60,000 nt of DNA from Chiloscyllium plagiosum (taxonomy: Eukaryota), in the NCBI RefSeq assembly GCF_004010195.1, contig NC_057753.1, forward strand, positions 12,887,446-12,947,445, read 5' to 3'. Below the pieces are notes generated by a model. It was not told where the DNA came from, did no database searches, and saw only the letters and a list, made by a program, of their open reading frames with translations. The translations under genes were made by a program, and so were the position numbers. Below are positions 11,707-25,227 of this stretch, one piece after another. Numbering within the stretch: the stretch's first letter is position 1; every line of letters begins with the position of its first letter.

Positions 11707-14671
11707 GCCAAGATTGGAACTAGAAGTAGCCTCGTAAAATGTTTTGATATTAACAATAATATCATCGTCCATCATACCGTTTCTCACAATACACAACAGG
11801 CATTTTCCTGAATTTCAATTGATGCTGCCTCCTGGGGAAGCACCTGCTGCGATTGGGATAGAACAGACGTCCAACTAATGGTTGCTACAAAGCCAAAGAA
11901 ATCTGTTTTTTTAAGCGAATTCGCTTCTATAGAAAATACTTATCTGAAATCTAAACCATGGAAGTTGTAATTTATTTCATTTCATTTTGCTGGTCTATTA
12001 TTATGGTAGAGCAGAAACATTACTGAAGAGAGGAAAACAGATTAAACGTTTCTAGTCCAGTGTTCTGCACTGACGAAAGGTCACTAGACCCGACATATTA
12101 TTGATCTTTCAACAATGATGCCAGACCTGCTGAGATTCTCCAGTAATTTGTGGTTTTGCTTTAGATCTCCAGCATCAGCAATTACTAGTTTTATATTATT
12201 GGAGAATTGGTTGAATTGTGATTGAATTCAATTTACAATCAAAAGTGAAATTTTAATCATAAAGAACATTTACCGAGAGTAATTGACCAACCTAAGGTGT
12301 TTACACGTTCTCGCTGACGCCAGGCGTGGAGACAGATTTCTCATTTATCTTCTCCAAAAAGAAAAACCCCTGCAGTACATGTTTATTACTGGTGAAGCAC
12401 ATTCTAGGCATTGAACTTTACTTCGGTTGAACCTGCAGTCAAGTTTCAGTTCCAGGTAGCGGGTATGAATATCTCTTTTCACAACGATTGGGTACGTGGA
12501 ATTGAAACACGTTGGACATTGTAAAGTCACTCTATTCAAAGGTATTGTATTGCGGGGCAAGTACATACACCGTGTCTGCTCAGCCCTTGCAATCAGTTCT
12601 TGCTATTTTCCATTACTTCGGCAGTGCCTCTGAAGTAAGTATTTGATTTTATCACCGATGCCTTGATGTCAGTGAGTGTATTTTATGGTGCCTGTTGTAA
12701 GTGATTGCCATTAGCCATGACCTTTTTTACACTGGCTGCATATTATTGACAAAAGTTTCCTTCCATAACACTAACAATCAACAAATTATCGACTGCAGTA
12801 GTAAAGGAACCCTATAATATAAGAAAGATCAGACCAGTATCTTGAGGACCAACGGGCAAGTACTTGTTTCATTGTGTGAGATGGTCCAGGCAAGAAATTA
12901 TTGAGACTCAGTAAGAAAAAAACTAAATGGTGGCAGGAGACAAAAAGCTGACCAAAGCACAGCGAATTAAACAGTAGGAAAGAAAACATTAGAAATTTCG
13001 GTAAATATAAGCATATTAGCCATCGTGACACTGAAGGACGAAGATGATCAGCAAGTGACAAAGAGACATTGTCAACGGTTCAGAACCATATGGACAAAGA
13101 ACTAAACAGTATCAACTAAATAAACTTTGTGAATTTAGGGTGGGGGAGGGAGACATGGAAAGGCACAAAGCGTACAATTAGAGACTATTGATTTAAATAT
13201 AAAATGGAATACTAGAAAATGTGAAAATGTAATGCAATATTATGAAAATGGGTGCTGATAGGAGTAAATGCAGCTATTCACTTGAAAATAAAGTTTAGTG
13301 GTCGCGAAAGTGGCCCTTATTTTGCATCAGAAAACTGTGAATGTCAGCCTTTTAACAAAGATCAGAGATGCATTTATTTCCACCACACACAGAAGATTTG
13401 ACAAATCCAGTGATCATTTCTATTTGAAATTTGTCCCAAGGCTGAGTGAGATGTTACTTTTTGTGAATTATAACTATTCACATGACATGACTTCCCTGTT
13501 GAAAATTGGATCGTTAGTGCCAGGAAGCTGGTGATCATGAACCTGTAAAAGAGTATCAGAGACTCGGGGATGGAGGTACGAACAGAATTGTTCAGAAAAT
13601 TACAGTTTCCATGTCAACAGCGATTACAGTTAATACGGTGTTTCTAGTTTTGACAACTGTTGCTGTTTTTGACAGATTTCTCAGAAAGACAAGAACTAGT
13701 AGAGGGTACCACCATAAGAATATTGACTTGGGATCACGAAGCCATCGCTATGATTTAGCTGTGCAATATACTTTGGTACAAGTCGTTGAGACAGAATGCA
13801 CTAGATGTAGTTTCAGAAAGATTTGGTGCTCCTGCACTTGAAAAGGGACAAGAGGACATCGAAGTCTGGATAGTGGGCTAACACAACGCAGTGCCAACTC
13901 CAGTTTTATCAGACATGAATGGCAATGAACTGTCAAATACTGCATTGCCAAACAGTGAGGTCTTCACATGAAACTTTGGAGGGAGCTACAACAGATTAGT
14001 AGTGATTTATTTACCTTATTAGATTCTGCACTATTGTGTCACCATTTTATGATATAAAATTGAAAATTTTAAAATGTTTTTGTTACTTATTCGTGTGCTT
14101 CTATATTTACTCATCGCTTTGTAAATGTTTGATTTTTGTTTTCTTCCATTGGAACATATTACATTTTTGGATGATAGATAGATGCTATTTTAAATAAAGT
14201 GATTTTTTTAAGAAAACGCAATAATAATTTTCCATAAATAAAGTGCAATTCTCTGAAGCGAAATGTTTCACACTATTTCATCTGAAAGATGACATTGTTG
14301 GAAATCTAAACACTAGCTTTCCAGTTCTCACACTTTCTCACGCAGATTTTCTCAATCTTTCTCTTTTCCCATCTCTTACTGATAATTAATCATTTTAATC
14401 CTTTTGCAGAGAAGATCCACTCTGTTTGGTTGCACCATTTATTTCCTGGTCTCCACAGATCTCCTTGTTATTGTCACAACGTTGTAATATTAAACTGTAG
14501 TGGTAAATTTTAATTTGCGTTCAGTTTCCTGTCTATCCCATCGATGTGCAGTATGCATTTTGTCTTAACTGATTCAATTTCGAAGAATTATTCCTGGCTA
14601 ACAAATTATTTCGCTTTTGATCAATTTGTGATTTGCGATCAATTGGAAGACTGCAACACGATTCATGCAAC

Positions 14672-16250
14672 ATAGATCACAGAACATTCCAATGCAGAAT
14701 CGGCCCTTTAGACCTCGATGTTGTGCCACTCTGGAGCCACTCTGAAGCCTATCTGCGCGACAATATTCCAGCTTCATCCGTATGTTTATTCAATCACCAT
14801 TTAAATGCCCTTAAATTTGGCGAACCTACTACTGTTGCAAGCAGTGTGTTCCATGCCGCTGAGTGAAGAAACTTCCTCTGACATCCATCCTATATCTATC
14901 ATCCTTAAATGAAAGCCATGCCCCGGCGTGTCAGCCATCAACATCCAAGGAAAAAGGCTCTCTCTGCCGACTCTATCTAACCTTGTGATTATCTTATACA
15001 TCTGAATTAAGTCAGGAATCAACCTTAGTCTCTCTGACGAAAACAGCCTCAAGTCATTCAGCCTTTCCTCAGAAGACCTTACCTCCGTTATGGGAGCATC
15101 TAAGTAAATTTCTTCTGCCCCCTTTCCAAAGCTTCCACAGCATTCATACAATGCGGTGACCAGGAATGTACAATAAACTATGCCAACTGCGGACGCACCA
15201 GAGCTGCAGCATGACTTGATGGCTCAGAAACTCAATCCTGCTAATAATAAAATTTAACACACCGTATGCCTTCTTAACAACCCTATCAACCTAGTTGGCA
15301 ACTTTCAGGGATCTGTGTGCATGGACACCAAGGTCGCTCTTCTCATCGGATCTACCAAGAGTCTTACGATTAGCCCAGTACGCTTTATCCCTGTTGGCCC
15401 ACCACATTGAATCATGTCACACTTCTCCACAATAAATTCCATTTGCCATCTCTCAGCTCCAGTCTTCAGTTTATCTATGCCCCTCTGTAACTGCAAAATT
15501 CTTCAGCGTGATCCACAGCTCCACTGACCTTCGGGTATACGTAAATTTATTAACGCATCCTTCTGGGCTCTGATACAGGACATTTATCAAAATGACAAGT
15601 AGCAGCGGCCCCAAAACAGACCCTTGCGGTAAACCACTAGTTACCGAACTCCGGGATGAACATTTCCTATCAACCACATTAAAAACAGTAATAATTTAAA
15701 ACCACCCCCTGTCTTCTTTCAGTTAGCCAAGATGAGGTCGAACCCGGTAAACTGTACTCATTACCATGCTGATGGATTTTGTGCAATAGCCTACCCTGGC
15801 ACCTTATCAAACGCATTATTAAAATCCATATACATCACATCACCCGCTTTTCCCTCATCCAACTGTTTCGTAACCATCTCAAGGAGTTCATTAAGGTTTA
15901 TGAGGCACGACCGACCCTTCACAAAACCGTGTTGGCTGTCCCTAATCAACGTATTCCTGCCCAGATCCTTATAAATTATCTCACTTCCAACATTTTCCCA
16001 CACTTTACCCACAACTGACCTAAGTCTCACTGATCTATAATTACCAGGATTGTCTCTTCTCCTCTTACTGAACAAGTCGACTTTTCCTCTCCTCCAGCCT
16101 TCTGGCACTATTTCGGTAGACACTGACGACATAACAATCAAAACAAAAGGCTCAGCAATCTCCTCCCTGGCTTTCCAGAGAATCCTAGGAAAAATCCCAT
16201 CTGGCCCACGTGAATAATCTATTTTCACACTTTCTAGAATGGCTCACACC
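14672..16250 (-). mobile_element. CR1 LINE 3-prime fragment
   Basis: GPDGIFPRIL, QHGFVKGRSCL, YMDFNNAFDKVP, SGLPQGSVLGPLL and WQMEF. Confidence 0.92.
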
Positions 16251-17039
16251 TCCAGTTGCAACAGTCGTATTCACACTGAACTGCATCAAAATATATATGT
16301 TTATATATGGACCTAGGTGCACAATAAAATAAAACTGTTCCTGCAAATATTATATTCGTTAGCTACATTGGTTACCTATGATTGGATCTATAACATTTAA
16401 TCGCATGTCTTCCATTTATACTGATTTTTCTGGTCACTGTATTTCTATCAGATAAATTTCAGTAGCCATGAAATCATCAAGGACACATGACCACAGCAAC
16501 AATGACGATATTCATAGTGACCCAGAGATTGAAAAAACAATAAAATGCCCATGGTTTTAGTCTTTATGATGTAGGATAGTTTTATCCTGTTCTATAGTTT
16601 CCCCTTTTAAAGGATGCTCTCTGCCACATTCAAACTGTCACTTATTTTGGAAGTTCCAGTTTTAGTGCATTACCATTTATTCATTCTTCATTTTTGTGTT
16701 CCAAACTTAATTCATTTAAGTATACAGACATGCAGAATACATTCAGTCGAATTAGACACTGGGATAAAATATCTCCTGAAACGATTTTTTACATTCTTCA
16801 AAGGCTAACGTAGGAAATCCCAGCATGAACTGTATAGTAGAATTCAAATTTTTACGTAAATCATTTTCACCCAATACACGTTCCCGTTTCCAATATATTT
16901 GCTTTTCCATTCGTATCGTGCACATGAACTTAGGAATCTATGTAAGCAGCGCTCCATTCTGACAGAAGTCAATTTTGCATACTGTCTGTGTAAACTTCCA
17001 GTTTTGTGACCAGTGTTGGTTTGCGCCTTATTTTAATAA

Positions 17040-18050
17040 TTCTTCAGGGCTCTGGAGGTCTCTAGCTGCTGTTATTAATCGGTGCTGAAATATGCAAGAA
17101 GAAGTTTTTCTTCAGTTAGTTGTATGGACACGACGCTTGAATTCAAAGTAATGAGTTTGCCATGCCAAGTTTTATTTCTGCAGCTGGAGTCCTGCCTACA
17201 GCTAACTAAATTGCTCCATTATTCCCCTACACATGTACATTGCTTAATGGCGTTTTGACCAAGTGACCCTCCAAATGTCGCATCAATATCTAAGAACTCA
17301 GTGATTTCTCCACAGGAGCAACTTATTAATTTGAAGTTGAGAATTAATTGACCCTTCCGTAACATTCTGGCAGCCTCTGGCAGGCTGTTCAAGTGTTGCT
17401 GTGCAGGTTATTGGGTCATTCCCTCTTGGATTTTGCCATTCACCATCTATCACTTCCTGCACATCTATGGCAGTGGACAAATGGGTAATAATGTGACACT
17501 AAAATAAAGTAAACGATGTATTGTTACTCCTAGAACCTTCTGCCAGTTTGCACAGTACTTCTGATTTTCCTGTGAGGAAATTCCTGATAATTTCAACTTT
17601 TCCTTTAATGCATTCACACCATATGGGTGTCTCTGTCAGGGGATATTTTCCATTCTTTATTGCCTTGAAGGCTGTTAAGAATCACTCACATTGCTATGGT
17701 ATTAAATATTTTGGATAATAAATGGAAGTACCTGAATAGCCTTTTTAACTATATTATCTACCTGCAATGCAGCCTTCAATTATCAATGGACGTGCACACC
17801 CAGCTCTCTCTGATCTCTGTAATTCCCATGGTTCGAACATCCAACACGGACTGTCTTGTCTTTTCATTCCTTCTAAAATTAATCAAATCACACATTTAGG
17901 ATTAAATTCTATTTCCCACTGATCAGTCTTTTGATTTGCCTGTCTGTACAATTCTGTAGATTTAGGGTTTCATCTTCGTGATGTACCCCAGCATCAATTT
18001 TCTTCTGAACTATAAACGTATTGATCATTCATACAACATTCACTTACGTA
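17040..18050 (-). mobile_element. Old degenerate CR1 fragment (duplicate at ~52770-53790)
   Basis: Antisense CR1 RT-like motifs; present in both duplication copies. Confidence 0.5.
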
Positions 18051-18714
18051 CTCATTCTCAAAATGGAATCTGCTGTTCTTATGAGGGAAAGGTGGATTGA
18101 TGAAATGGGAGCATCACTACAGATCATCGTCGTTTTTTCAAGTTAATTGATTTCGATTAATCTTCATGCGTTAAAAATATTTCATTCGCAATAAGGAAGC
18201 TGGCGGTCGTTGAGAAAATAATAATATGCAACCTTGAGTAAAATCACATTTTATTTCTTTGATTAATTTGCAAAGACTGAGAGCAATATTTTCAATGTAA
18301 ATAAAGGGTGAAATTGATGGGTTTATTAGATTGATGCGCTTGGAACTGCCTTTAATTCTGATTAAAAGGGAACAGCTTGTGCTTATTAATTGTCCCAGAA
18401 AACTTGATTTGAGAGAACAACTGTAGCATTAGGAGGGTAAAAAGAATCGCAAGTATAATCTACTTTTCCTTAAACAATGTCAAGAAATGAATGGAGTGTT
18501 GAAATAATGACATTAGGCCACGAAGGAGATAGTTTAGCATTTCAGCCAAAAGACAACACTTTCATAGTTCGACAGTCCTTCAGTCCTGCAGAATAAGGAA
18601 ATATTCTGAGATGAAAATAGGTCATGGTTCCCTCGAGGAAGGATCTACTTCTTTCTGCTTCAAAAATGGGCAAGATTCCTACAAGTCACAGAATTAACGG
18701 GCATTGGTTCTGTT

Positions 18715-21189
18715 TCACATTAGAAAACAACTCATGAGTGTAACACAGGGACACATTAACATTTTCTTTAGCTCTTTTCGGACTTGGTTCTGCGATATTG
18801 CATAAATGAAGACGTTATTACAGGAACTGAGTAACGTGAGAAAAATGGCCATCTCTTGTAGAATGTATTGCGGGTCACTGAAATTCAGACCCGTGAAGTA
18901 ACCTTCACCTGAAACACGCACGTAAAGAAAACGCCCAACGTAAGTGGACCACAGGAGCAGGAAACTAAGAGAAATGGTGAAAAGCAGAATAATAGATCTC
19001 TTGCGGTTGATCATTTCATGATCTCCATGAGGTTCGGTGCATCGGAGCCTCCTCCGGGCTCTGCTGACTACCAAGATGTGTCCTGCAGTCATGGCGTTGA
19101 GTAGCAGAATGAGGAAAAACGGGAGAAAGGGGGTTAAAATCTGTTCTAACATGTCAAAGGCCTGCCAGAATGGATCTGTGTAATACGTGGACTTGACATC
19201 GCAGAACCAGAACACCCCATCCAGGATGTACAAGGGTTGGGTGTTGATGTAGAAAGGGACATTCTTGAGACAGCAGAGGGCACAAACTATTCCAATGACC
19301 AGCGATGCAGTTTTCTCCGTGCAGTATTTGGTTTTCAGACTCTGGCAGCAGATGGCCACGGAACGGTCTATTGTGAAGGCAACTGTCAACCAAACAGAGG
19401 CGTCCCGGATGGCAAAGGCCATCGTGATAATTAAACTACAGGCGGGGGTCGTGGATAGGACACTAAATCGAAAATAAATGCCACTTATCCTGTTGACAAT
19501 GACTGCAACAATTATGACAAGAAAATCAGTCACTGCTATTGCAAGCAGGTAGTAGGTAATGCAGCGAGACAGTCCACATCTTCTTCGTGATAAGATTACT
19601 ATCGCCACCAAGTTGGCTGTAAAAAGTAAAAATAGAGATGGAATTGGTAGCATGCACTATCCAAGTCGTAGCTAATACCGCGTTAAACAATTGGGTCTCC
19701 ACGTTCAGAATTTAGACATGTTGAAACACATTGTTAATTGCTAACATACCACAAGTTGAATTAAACATTTGTCAATACTTCGGTCATTTCAAACTGTCAC
19801 CAGCACACATTCCATTCATTGTTTCCTAATTTATTTTCTGTGCCAAAGCGTTATGCTTAAGGCAAATTAGAATATTGGCTGATCATGTTGTGACCATTGA
19901 AATCCCAATGAAATCATCAACGATATCAAACCAGATTTGTATGGCGGTCCCAGTTGAACAACGTCTCATTCGCCGAAGTTTCAAAAGAAAACCCTATTGT
20001 AATTATACTTGCCTCCCATAAAATCGTGCAACCATTTCAGCTTGCAGAGTATCTCTAACTTTTATCATGATATTTCTCAGGATAACGAGAGGGCACACAA
20101 TCGCGTTCTCCCTCTTACGAATGCCTTCCTTAGTTGAGGTTCTGTCCTTTGCTAACAAAACCTTAACATTTCGAACCCTCTTGTTCAATATTGCCGACTT
20201 TCTGTCCTGCTTTAAGATGTTCAATGTAATCTGAATCTTCAATTAAACTTTAGGCCAGTTATAGACTTAGGTCGGTCAGTTTGTTTTCTGGTTAAGCTTC
20301 CGTAACATATGTGCATACTACATTGGCAAAACGCTACATTCTCAGGTGTTAATTAACAGTGTTAAGAAATGTTAACACTATCGGTTGCTCTACGTTGTCA
20401 TTAATATGAAATGGCAAAATCATATAAAGCTGATAAACCCTTACAACAGAAAGGATAAATGCAGAAAAACTAAACCATCTTATTCTTCACCCATTTCTTA
20501 CACGCAATTCCACATTGAATAGGCAAGACCATTTTAATAATGGACTGTTGGATCGGAACTCATTCCTTAGTAACCACGGCATGCTCCCAAATGTCACACC
20601 ATATACTGTTTCATTACTGGAATTGATTCTTTACTTCAATTCATCAAATAAAATGATTGCATGTGATAAATTATCTTCCAATTCTCTGCTAATACTTCGG
20701 CTGAAATGCATTAATTTCTTTCCAAATTATTATGCGTTCTTACCAGATGGCACCAGAGATTCGAACTTGCCTTTTGCAAATTTAGAATGAAACTTAAACT
20801 TCAATAATTTCCAGATGACTGATCAGATAGTGGACAGGGCAGTTCCGAAATTTTATAATTGCTATTCCATAAATGCGAGGCTTAATGAAGTGATTATTAC
20901 CGTGTAATGCTCAAAACTGCAAGTGCAAGCAAAGTACGATAATTCACTTCGTAGAGTTAGAAAATCGCACAATCTATTGATATATTTTTCAATGCAATTC
21001 AGGTTCTTTACATTCAGGCAAAGCTGAATATTCAATAACTTCCGGCAGTTCATGGAAGGGAGGAGATAGTTTCTGTCGAGATTTACAAAACAAACATTAC
21101 ATTGTAAATGATTACTTACCAGGGACGCCAATAAGAGCTATAATGGGATAAAAGATTGCAAAGAAGAGTCCGTTTGGTGGCCCATGCAT
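18715..21189 (-). CDS. GPR139/GPR142-like class A GPCR, copy A; two exons (21120-21189 and 18715-19616), 323 aa, intact
   Basis: Exon 1 encodes MHGPPNGLFFAIFYPIIALIGVP followed by G|GTAAGT. The acceptor TTTTACAG|CC gives ANLVAIVILSRRRCGLS, and 70+902 nt is in frame. Seven hydrophobic segments with TDFLV (TM2), FTIDRSVAIC (TM3), LTPFLPF (TM5), LLLWST (TM6), SSCNNVFIY (TM7). The track ORF 18715..19653 runs into the intron. Confidence 0.9.
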
Positions 21190-21259
21190 CGTGGCCAACA
21201 AAGAAAACTAACTCTTAAGTTGTCGCAGCCTTTTCTTCCAGACGCTTGAATCATCCCTC

Positions 21260-21266
21260 ATTTATA
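21260..21266 (-). promoter_or_regulatory. Putative TATA box of GPCR copy A
   Basis: TATAAAT about 70 nt upstream of the exon-1 ATG; conserved in copy B. Confidence 0.5.
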
Positions 21267-21580
21267 CGGAGTGAGAGTCTCCAGAGGAACAATAAGTTCC
21301 ACCATGCACATGAGTTACATTTCAATGACAGAACAGATTATCTCAAATCTGTAATATCGACAAAGTGAGTACTTCCTCGTTCTCACAACCCATGACTTTA
21401 TACTCTTCAGTCTCTATCATGCACCATCGATGTTGAGAGAGACGTAGCTGGTGTCCTATTTCAGAGCTAAAATAAATTATCCTTTTCCGCCACGTTCCCA
21501 ATTATTAAATCCTTTAGGTGAATGATTAATATATGCATTTGTGTCGTCGGTCAAGTGTTTTGCATTCATTATTTTAATGT

Positions 21581-22070
21581 CGAAGAAAGTGAGCACCGCA
21601 GATGCTGAAGATCAGAGTCGAAAAGGGTAGCACTGGAAAAGCATGGCAGATCAGGCAAGTAGGAGAAGCGATGTTTTGCAATTCCTGATGAAGGGCTTAT
21701 GCCCGAAATGTCAATTTTCCTGCTCCTCGAATGCTGCATGACCTGCTGTGCTTTTCCAGCATCACTTATCTAAACTCCTCTTCTAACTGTATATCAGGCT
21801 ACATGTGCTGAAAAGCCACATCCTGTTCTGGTGTAACGAAAATCCATATAAACCAAATCTACCACCCGAGGAGAAAGTAAGCACTGCAGATGCTGGAAAT
21901 CAGAGTCGAAAAGTGTGGCACTGGAAAAGCACAGCAGTTCAGGCAGCATCCGACAAGTAGGAAAAGCGATGTTTTGGACATTCCTGATGAAAGGATTATG
22001 CCTGAAACGTCGATTTTTCTGCTCCTCGGATGCTGCCTGACCTGCTGTGCTTTTCCAGTACCACTCTGAT
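21581..22070. mobile_element. Two Penelope-derived palindromic elements (~21581-21770 and ~21870-22070)
   Basis: CTGGAAAAGCA...arm / TGCTTTTCCAG arm around CTGATGAAGGGCTTATGCCCGAAAT and CTGATGAAAGGATTATGCCTGAAAC. Confidence 0.8.
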
Positions 22071-22149
22071 ATCAATACAATTCGTCGAGCATGAATCGCT
22101 GACAGTTGCACACAGATAGAATAGGTCAGAAAGAAGATAATTGGAAAGG

Positions 22150-22820
22150 TAACCTTTACTGCAAAAGTAATAAAATATAAAAGTTGGGAGATGTTGCTGC
22201 AACTAAAAAAGGCATTATTGAGAATGGGAGTTTCTTAGAATTTTGGTTCCCTCATCTGAAAAATGATGTAGTCTTAGTAGAGGCAATTAGACGACGTTAA
22301 CTGGATTGATTCAAAGAAGATTGATTTGACTTATGCATAGAGATAACTCATGAATTGAAGCATAATGGAATATTAACTAATTTCCGAGGTGAATGTAGTT
22401 AGCAAAGCTTTCAAGAAGCTTGGAACCATTCAGTACAAAGCAGAGCACTTGACTGGCATCACATCCCCATCACCCAATCTCCACTGCCGAGAACCACTAC
22501 CAGCAGTGTGTGCAACCTACAGAACGCACTGCAGAAATTCACTATTGATAATTATCCAGCGACTTTCAATGTTAACACCAATTACTTTAAGAAGGACAAG
22601 TGCAGATGTATGAGAACACCACCAGCACCAAATTCGCTTTGATGCTACTCGCCAAGCAGTCTTGGAAATATATTACCATTCTTGCAATGACGCCCAATCA
22701 AAGTCCTGCAATTCCACTCCGCAGGGCATTGTTGTCGACCTGCAGCACAGGAAGTACAACAATTCCCGCTGTATTGTATTCCTGTTCATCAAGTTGCCAT
22801 TCAAGGGCAGTCATCTCCCC
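22150..22820 (+). mobile_element. Degenerate LINE fragments (CR1 piece followed by an L2/CR1-clade 3-prime end); duplicate at ~57650-58330, related piece at ~5490-5680
   Basis: TTTTGGTTCCCTCATCTGAA..GATGTA motif, then AAGCTTGG.ACCAT.CAG.ACAAAGCAG...GCAGTGTGT...GCACTGCAGAAATTCAC typical of shark LINE tails. Confidence 0.55.
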
Positions 22821-23149
22821 ATGGAAGGATTTCGCAGACCCAGAGAGGCATGGGTTTTGAGATGTCAACTTCCTGAAACATAGCAACAAATAATTCAGGG
22901 TGGAAAGGAGAACAAGTATCCTCAAATCCGATTCTGTGATGGATTGTTGAGTCCAAGTGAAAGCTGCAGGCTATTTTCGCATTTCCTTCTTGAAACAGTT
23001 GGATGACTGTTAGAAACGTGTCAATTTAGACACGACTGGGGTTGTGTTTGACCAGTTAAGATCGCATTGGACATTGCAGCTATATCTGTCCATGATTCTA
23101 CAACACGCCCAAAAAGACACGAAATCTTCCCTCTTTGGCCAACTCAGGC

Positions 23150-23440
23150 TTAATTTGACCATGGAACGGGCTGTTTTCCAACACCGCATATCTCAAAGCA
23201 CAGTAACAGACAGCAGCTGCGGTTGTGAGATGTATGAACTGGTCAGTGAAGTTGAATTTGGGACCTTGATATCTTTGCCTTTGATACGACTGTGTTCACA
23301 TGTCCTGACCCTGGCTGTTGCTAACTCCACAATAAAATGCTGCCACTCATTATATCAATATCGATACAGTGTATAGTTACCTAATCTCCTTCAGAATCAA
23401 CATCTGAGGAGGACAGCTGGGCAGAATCTCCTTGACACAG
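23150..23440 (-). pseudogene. TCR alpha-like V pseudogene inside duplicated block A (degenerate 23-RSS 23150-23188; possible leader ~23543-23595)
   Basis: GDSAQLSSSDVDSEGD*VTIHCIDID...ILLWS*QQPGSG...AAVCYCALR; RSS-like TGCGGTG-23-TCAAATTAA. Confidence 0.75.
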
Positions 23441-25227
23441 AAATTAAGATTAAGCATTCTGAAGGAAAAAGAGAGAGAAGAGTCTGATGGGTGTTGGAAA
23501 CTTGAAATTAAACCATTTGGGAATTTGCTTTTTCAACTATTACCTTTCAGGAACCCATCACGGGCAAAGCAAATTCGAAGTAACGAAATTTCACTGCATG
23601 CTATGTAAAAGGGGAGGTGATCTTTGAAGTCATCCCTTCCAAATCTCTCAATCAAGAATCTGCCATTATTTCTTTGGATGTTTCCGCCTAATGATTTTGT
23701 TTTCTGGTTCTGCTGTAAAATTGAAGTAGTAATCTGCCCGTCAGTGAAGAGAAACACCTTCAAGTGGGCAATAATGTGCAATGTTACATAACAAATATTT
23801 TCTCTGTTCGATCCTTATTATTGTTTTCAAAATCTCAATTGCCTTGTTATTCTTTCTAAATATGGTTCCCTGGATTTTAAAAGGTGACTTATGAAAGCTT
23901 ACAATTTACTTGCGATTAAAATTAACATTGAGTCTAACAGTTCTAACAAAGATTGCTAGAAAGATTGAATAGAAGTTTTTTTTTCAGTTGTAAACAAACA
24001 AATTCTAACAACAGGAAACCCTGACCTGGTCCCATTCTAACTTGATTGAATAGAATCCTCCAGTTGACGGTGCATGAACGGTTCTATTTTTGTTGTACCA
24101 CTCGAGCCCAGCCACCCACAAACAATCGCCTGCAGATAGGAGTAACATTTGTTTGACCAACACAACTCGATTAGAATCTTTCGAAAGCCAAAAGCAAACA
24201 CACGAAAAAAACACTCTACGAGATTCTGTTGGAGAAATGTAAGGCAATCAATCCTTCACATGTGTTAACATATGAAACAGCAGTTTCGTGGCATAACCGC
24301 CATAACTCGCCATCACACGTATCAAAATAGAAGATTATCAGATTAGTTGGTGTTTGCAAATCAGTCTGAGACCATTATTTGGAAACTAGAAACATTTTTT
24401 TTTACAATTGTCACATCGGAAAGTAATCTCCCCCATTCCTCACCTCACTGTTTTGCTATATGAATCATGTGCTGAAGGGCTGCAGTGTTACTGGTGTTCT
24501 GTCCAAGATATGAGATTGGAAGAAACTCTTTTAAGCCACAGCCTGACAAATATTCTGCAGTATTTCAAGATGTGTACGTTAATATTGCTATGTGCCAGGT
24601 GGTGTTTTAAGACCGGTCTGTCGGGCACCTGCTCCCAGTGGACTGGACGAATCTCAAGTGCTCATAATATGTCCGAACAATGGAAATACTTACATTGTCA
24701 GGAAGCAAGGTGGATTTGAAGCAATTGGACCGCCATTTAAGAGTTAACATGAATAATGAGTTAATAAATGTCATCAGAAAACAATGAACAGCGATAACAA
24801 TCAGAATTGAGGAAATTTGTGTTCAAGACTGAATAGTTTCTAAATATGCTTTTTTAGATGTGTTCATGTTCTAGATATGCTCCAGATCGAAAAGTATTCT
24901 GATGAAATATATCCGGATAGAAACTGCAACCAAACGGAATACAAATAGACAATAGAAGTCGATAAAGAGGTGGACAATCCGTTTCACAGATAAATAACGA
25001 TGATAAAATGACCAAATATAGATTAATGTACAACAGTTTGATGCATTAAATGTATTTTAAAGTTAGCTGCATGTTAAATTAAAAAGAAACATATTTTTTC
25101 GGTTGCTGCTTCCATGTTCTTGTTGAGATTTGTGCTGTGATTTCGCGTTTCATGAACGACACTGTCACTCACGTGATGAAAGCGGGATTATTCCTTCTGT
25201 TTTCTGCCATGAGCGCTTTCTCAGCTG

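Larger units (their letters stand above)
11744..23830 (+). repeat. Segmental duplication, copy A (GPCR + V pseudogene cassette)
   Basis: Colinear high similarity to 49644-59341, from TTGATATTAACAATAATATCATCGTCC to GATCCTTATTATTGTTTTCAA. Confidence 0.95.

Noticed and set aside
19617..19653. N-terminal extensions of the GPCR ORFs in the track (also 55371-55482)
   Set aside because: Intronic read-through; the true N-terminus is the 70-nt upstream exon.
23044..23376. 110-aa plus-strand ORF preserved in both duplicates (also 58551-58883)
   Set aside because: It is antisense to a V pseudogene, starts at GTG and has no recognisable domain; its persistence is explained by recent duplication.
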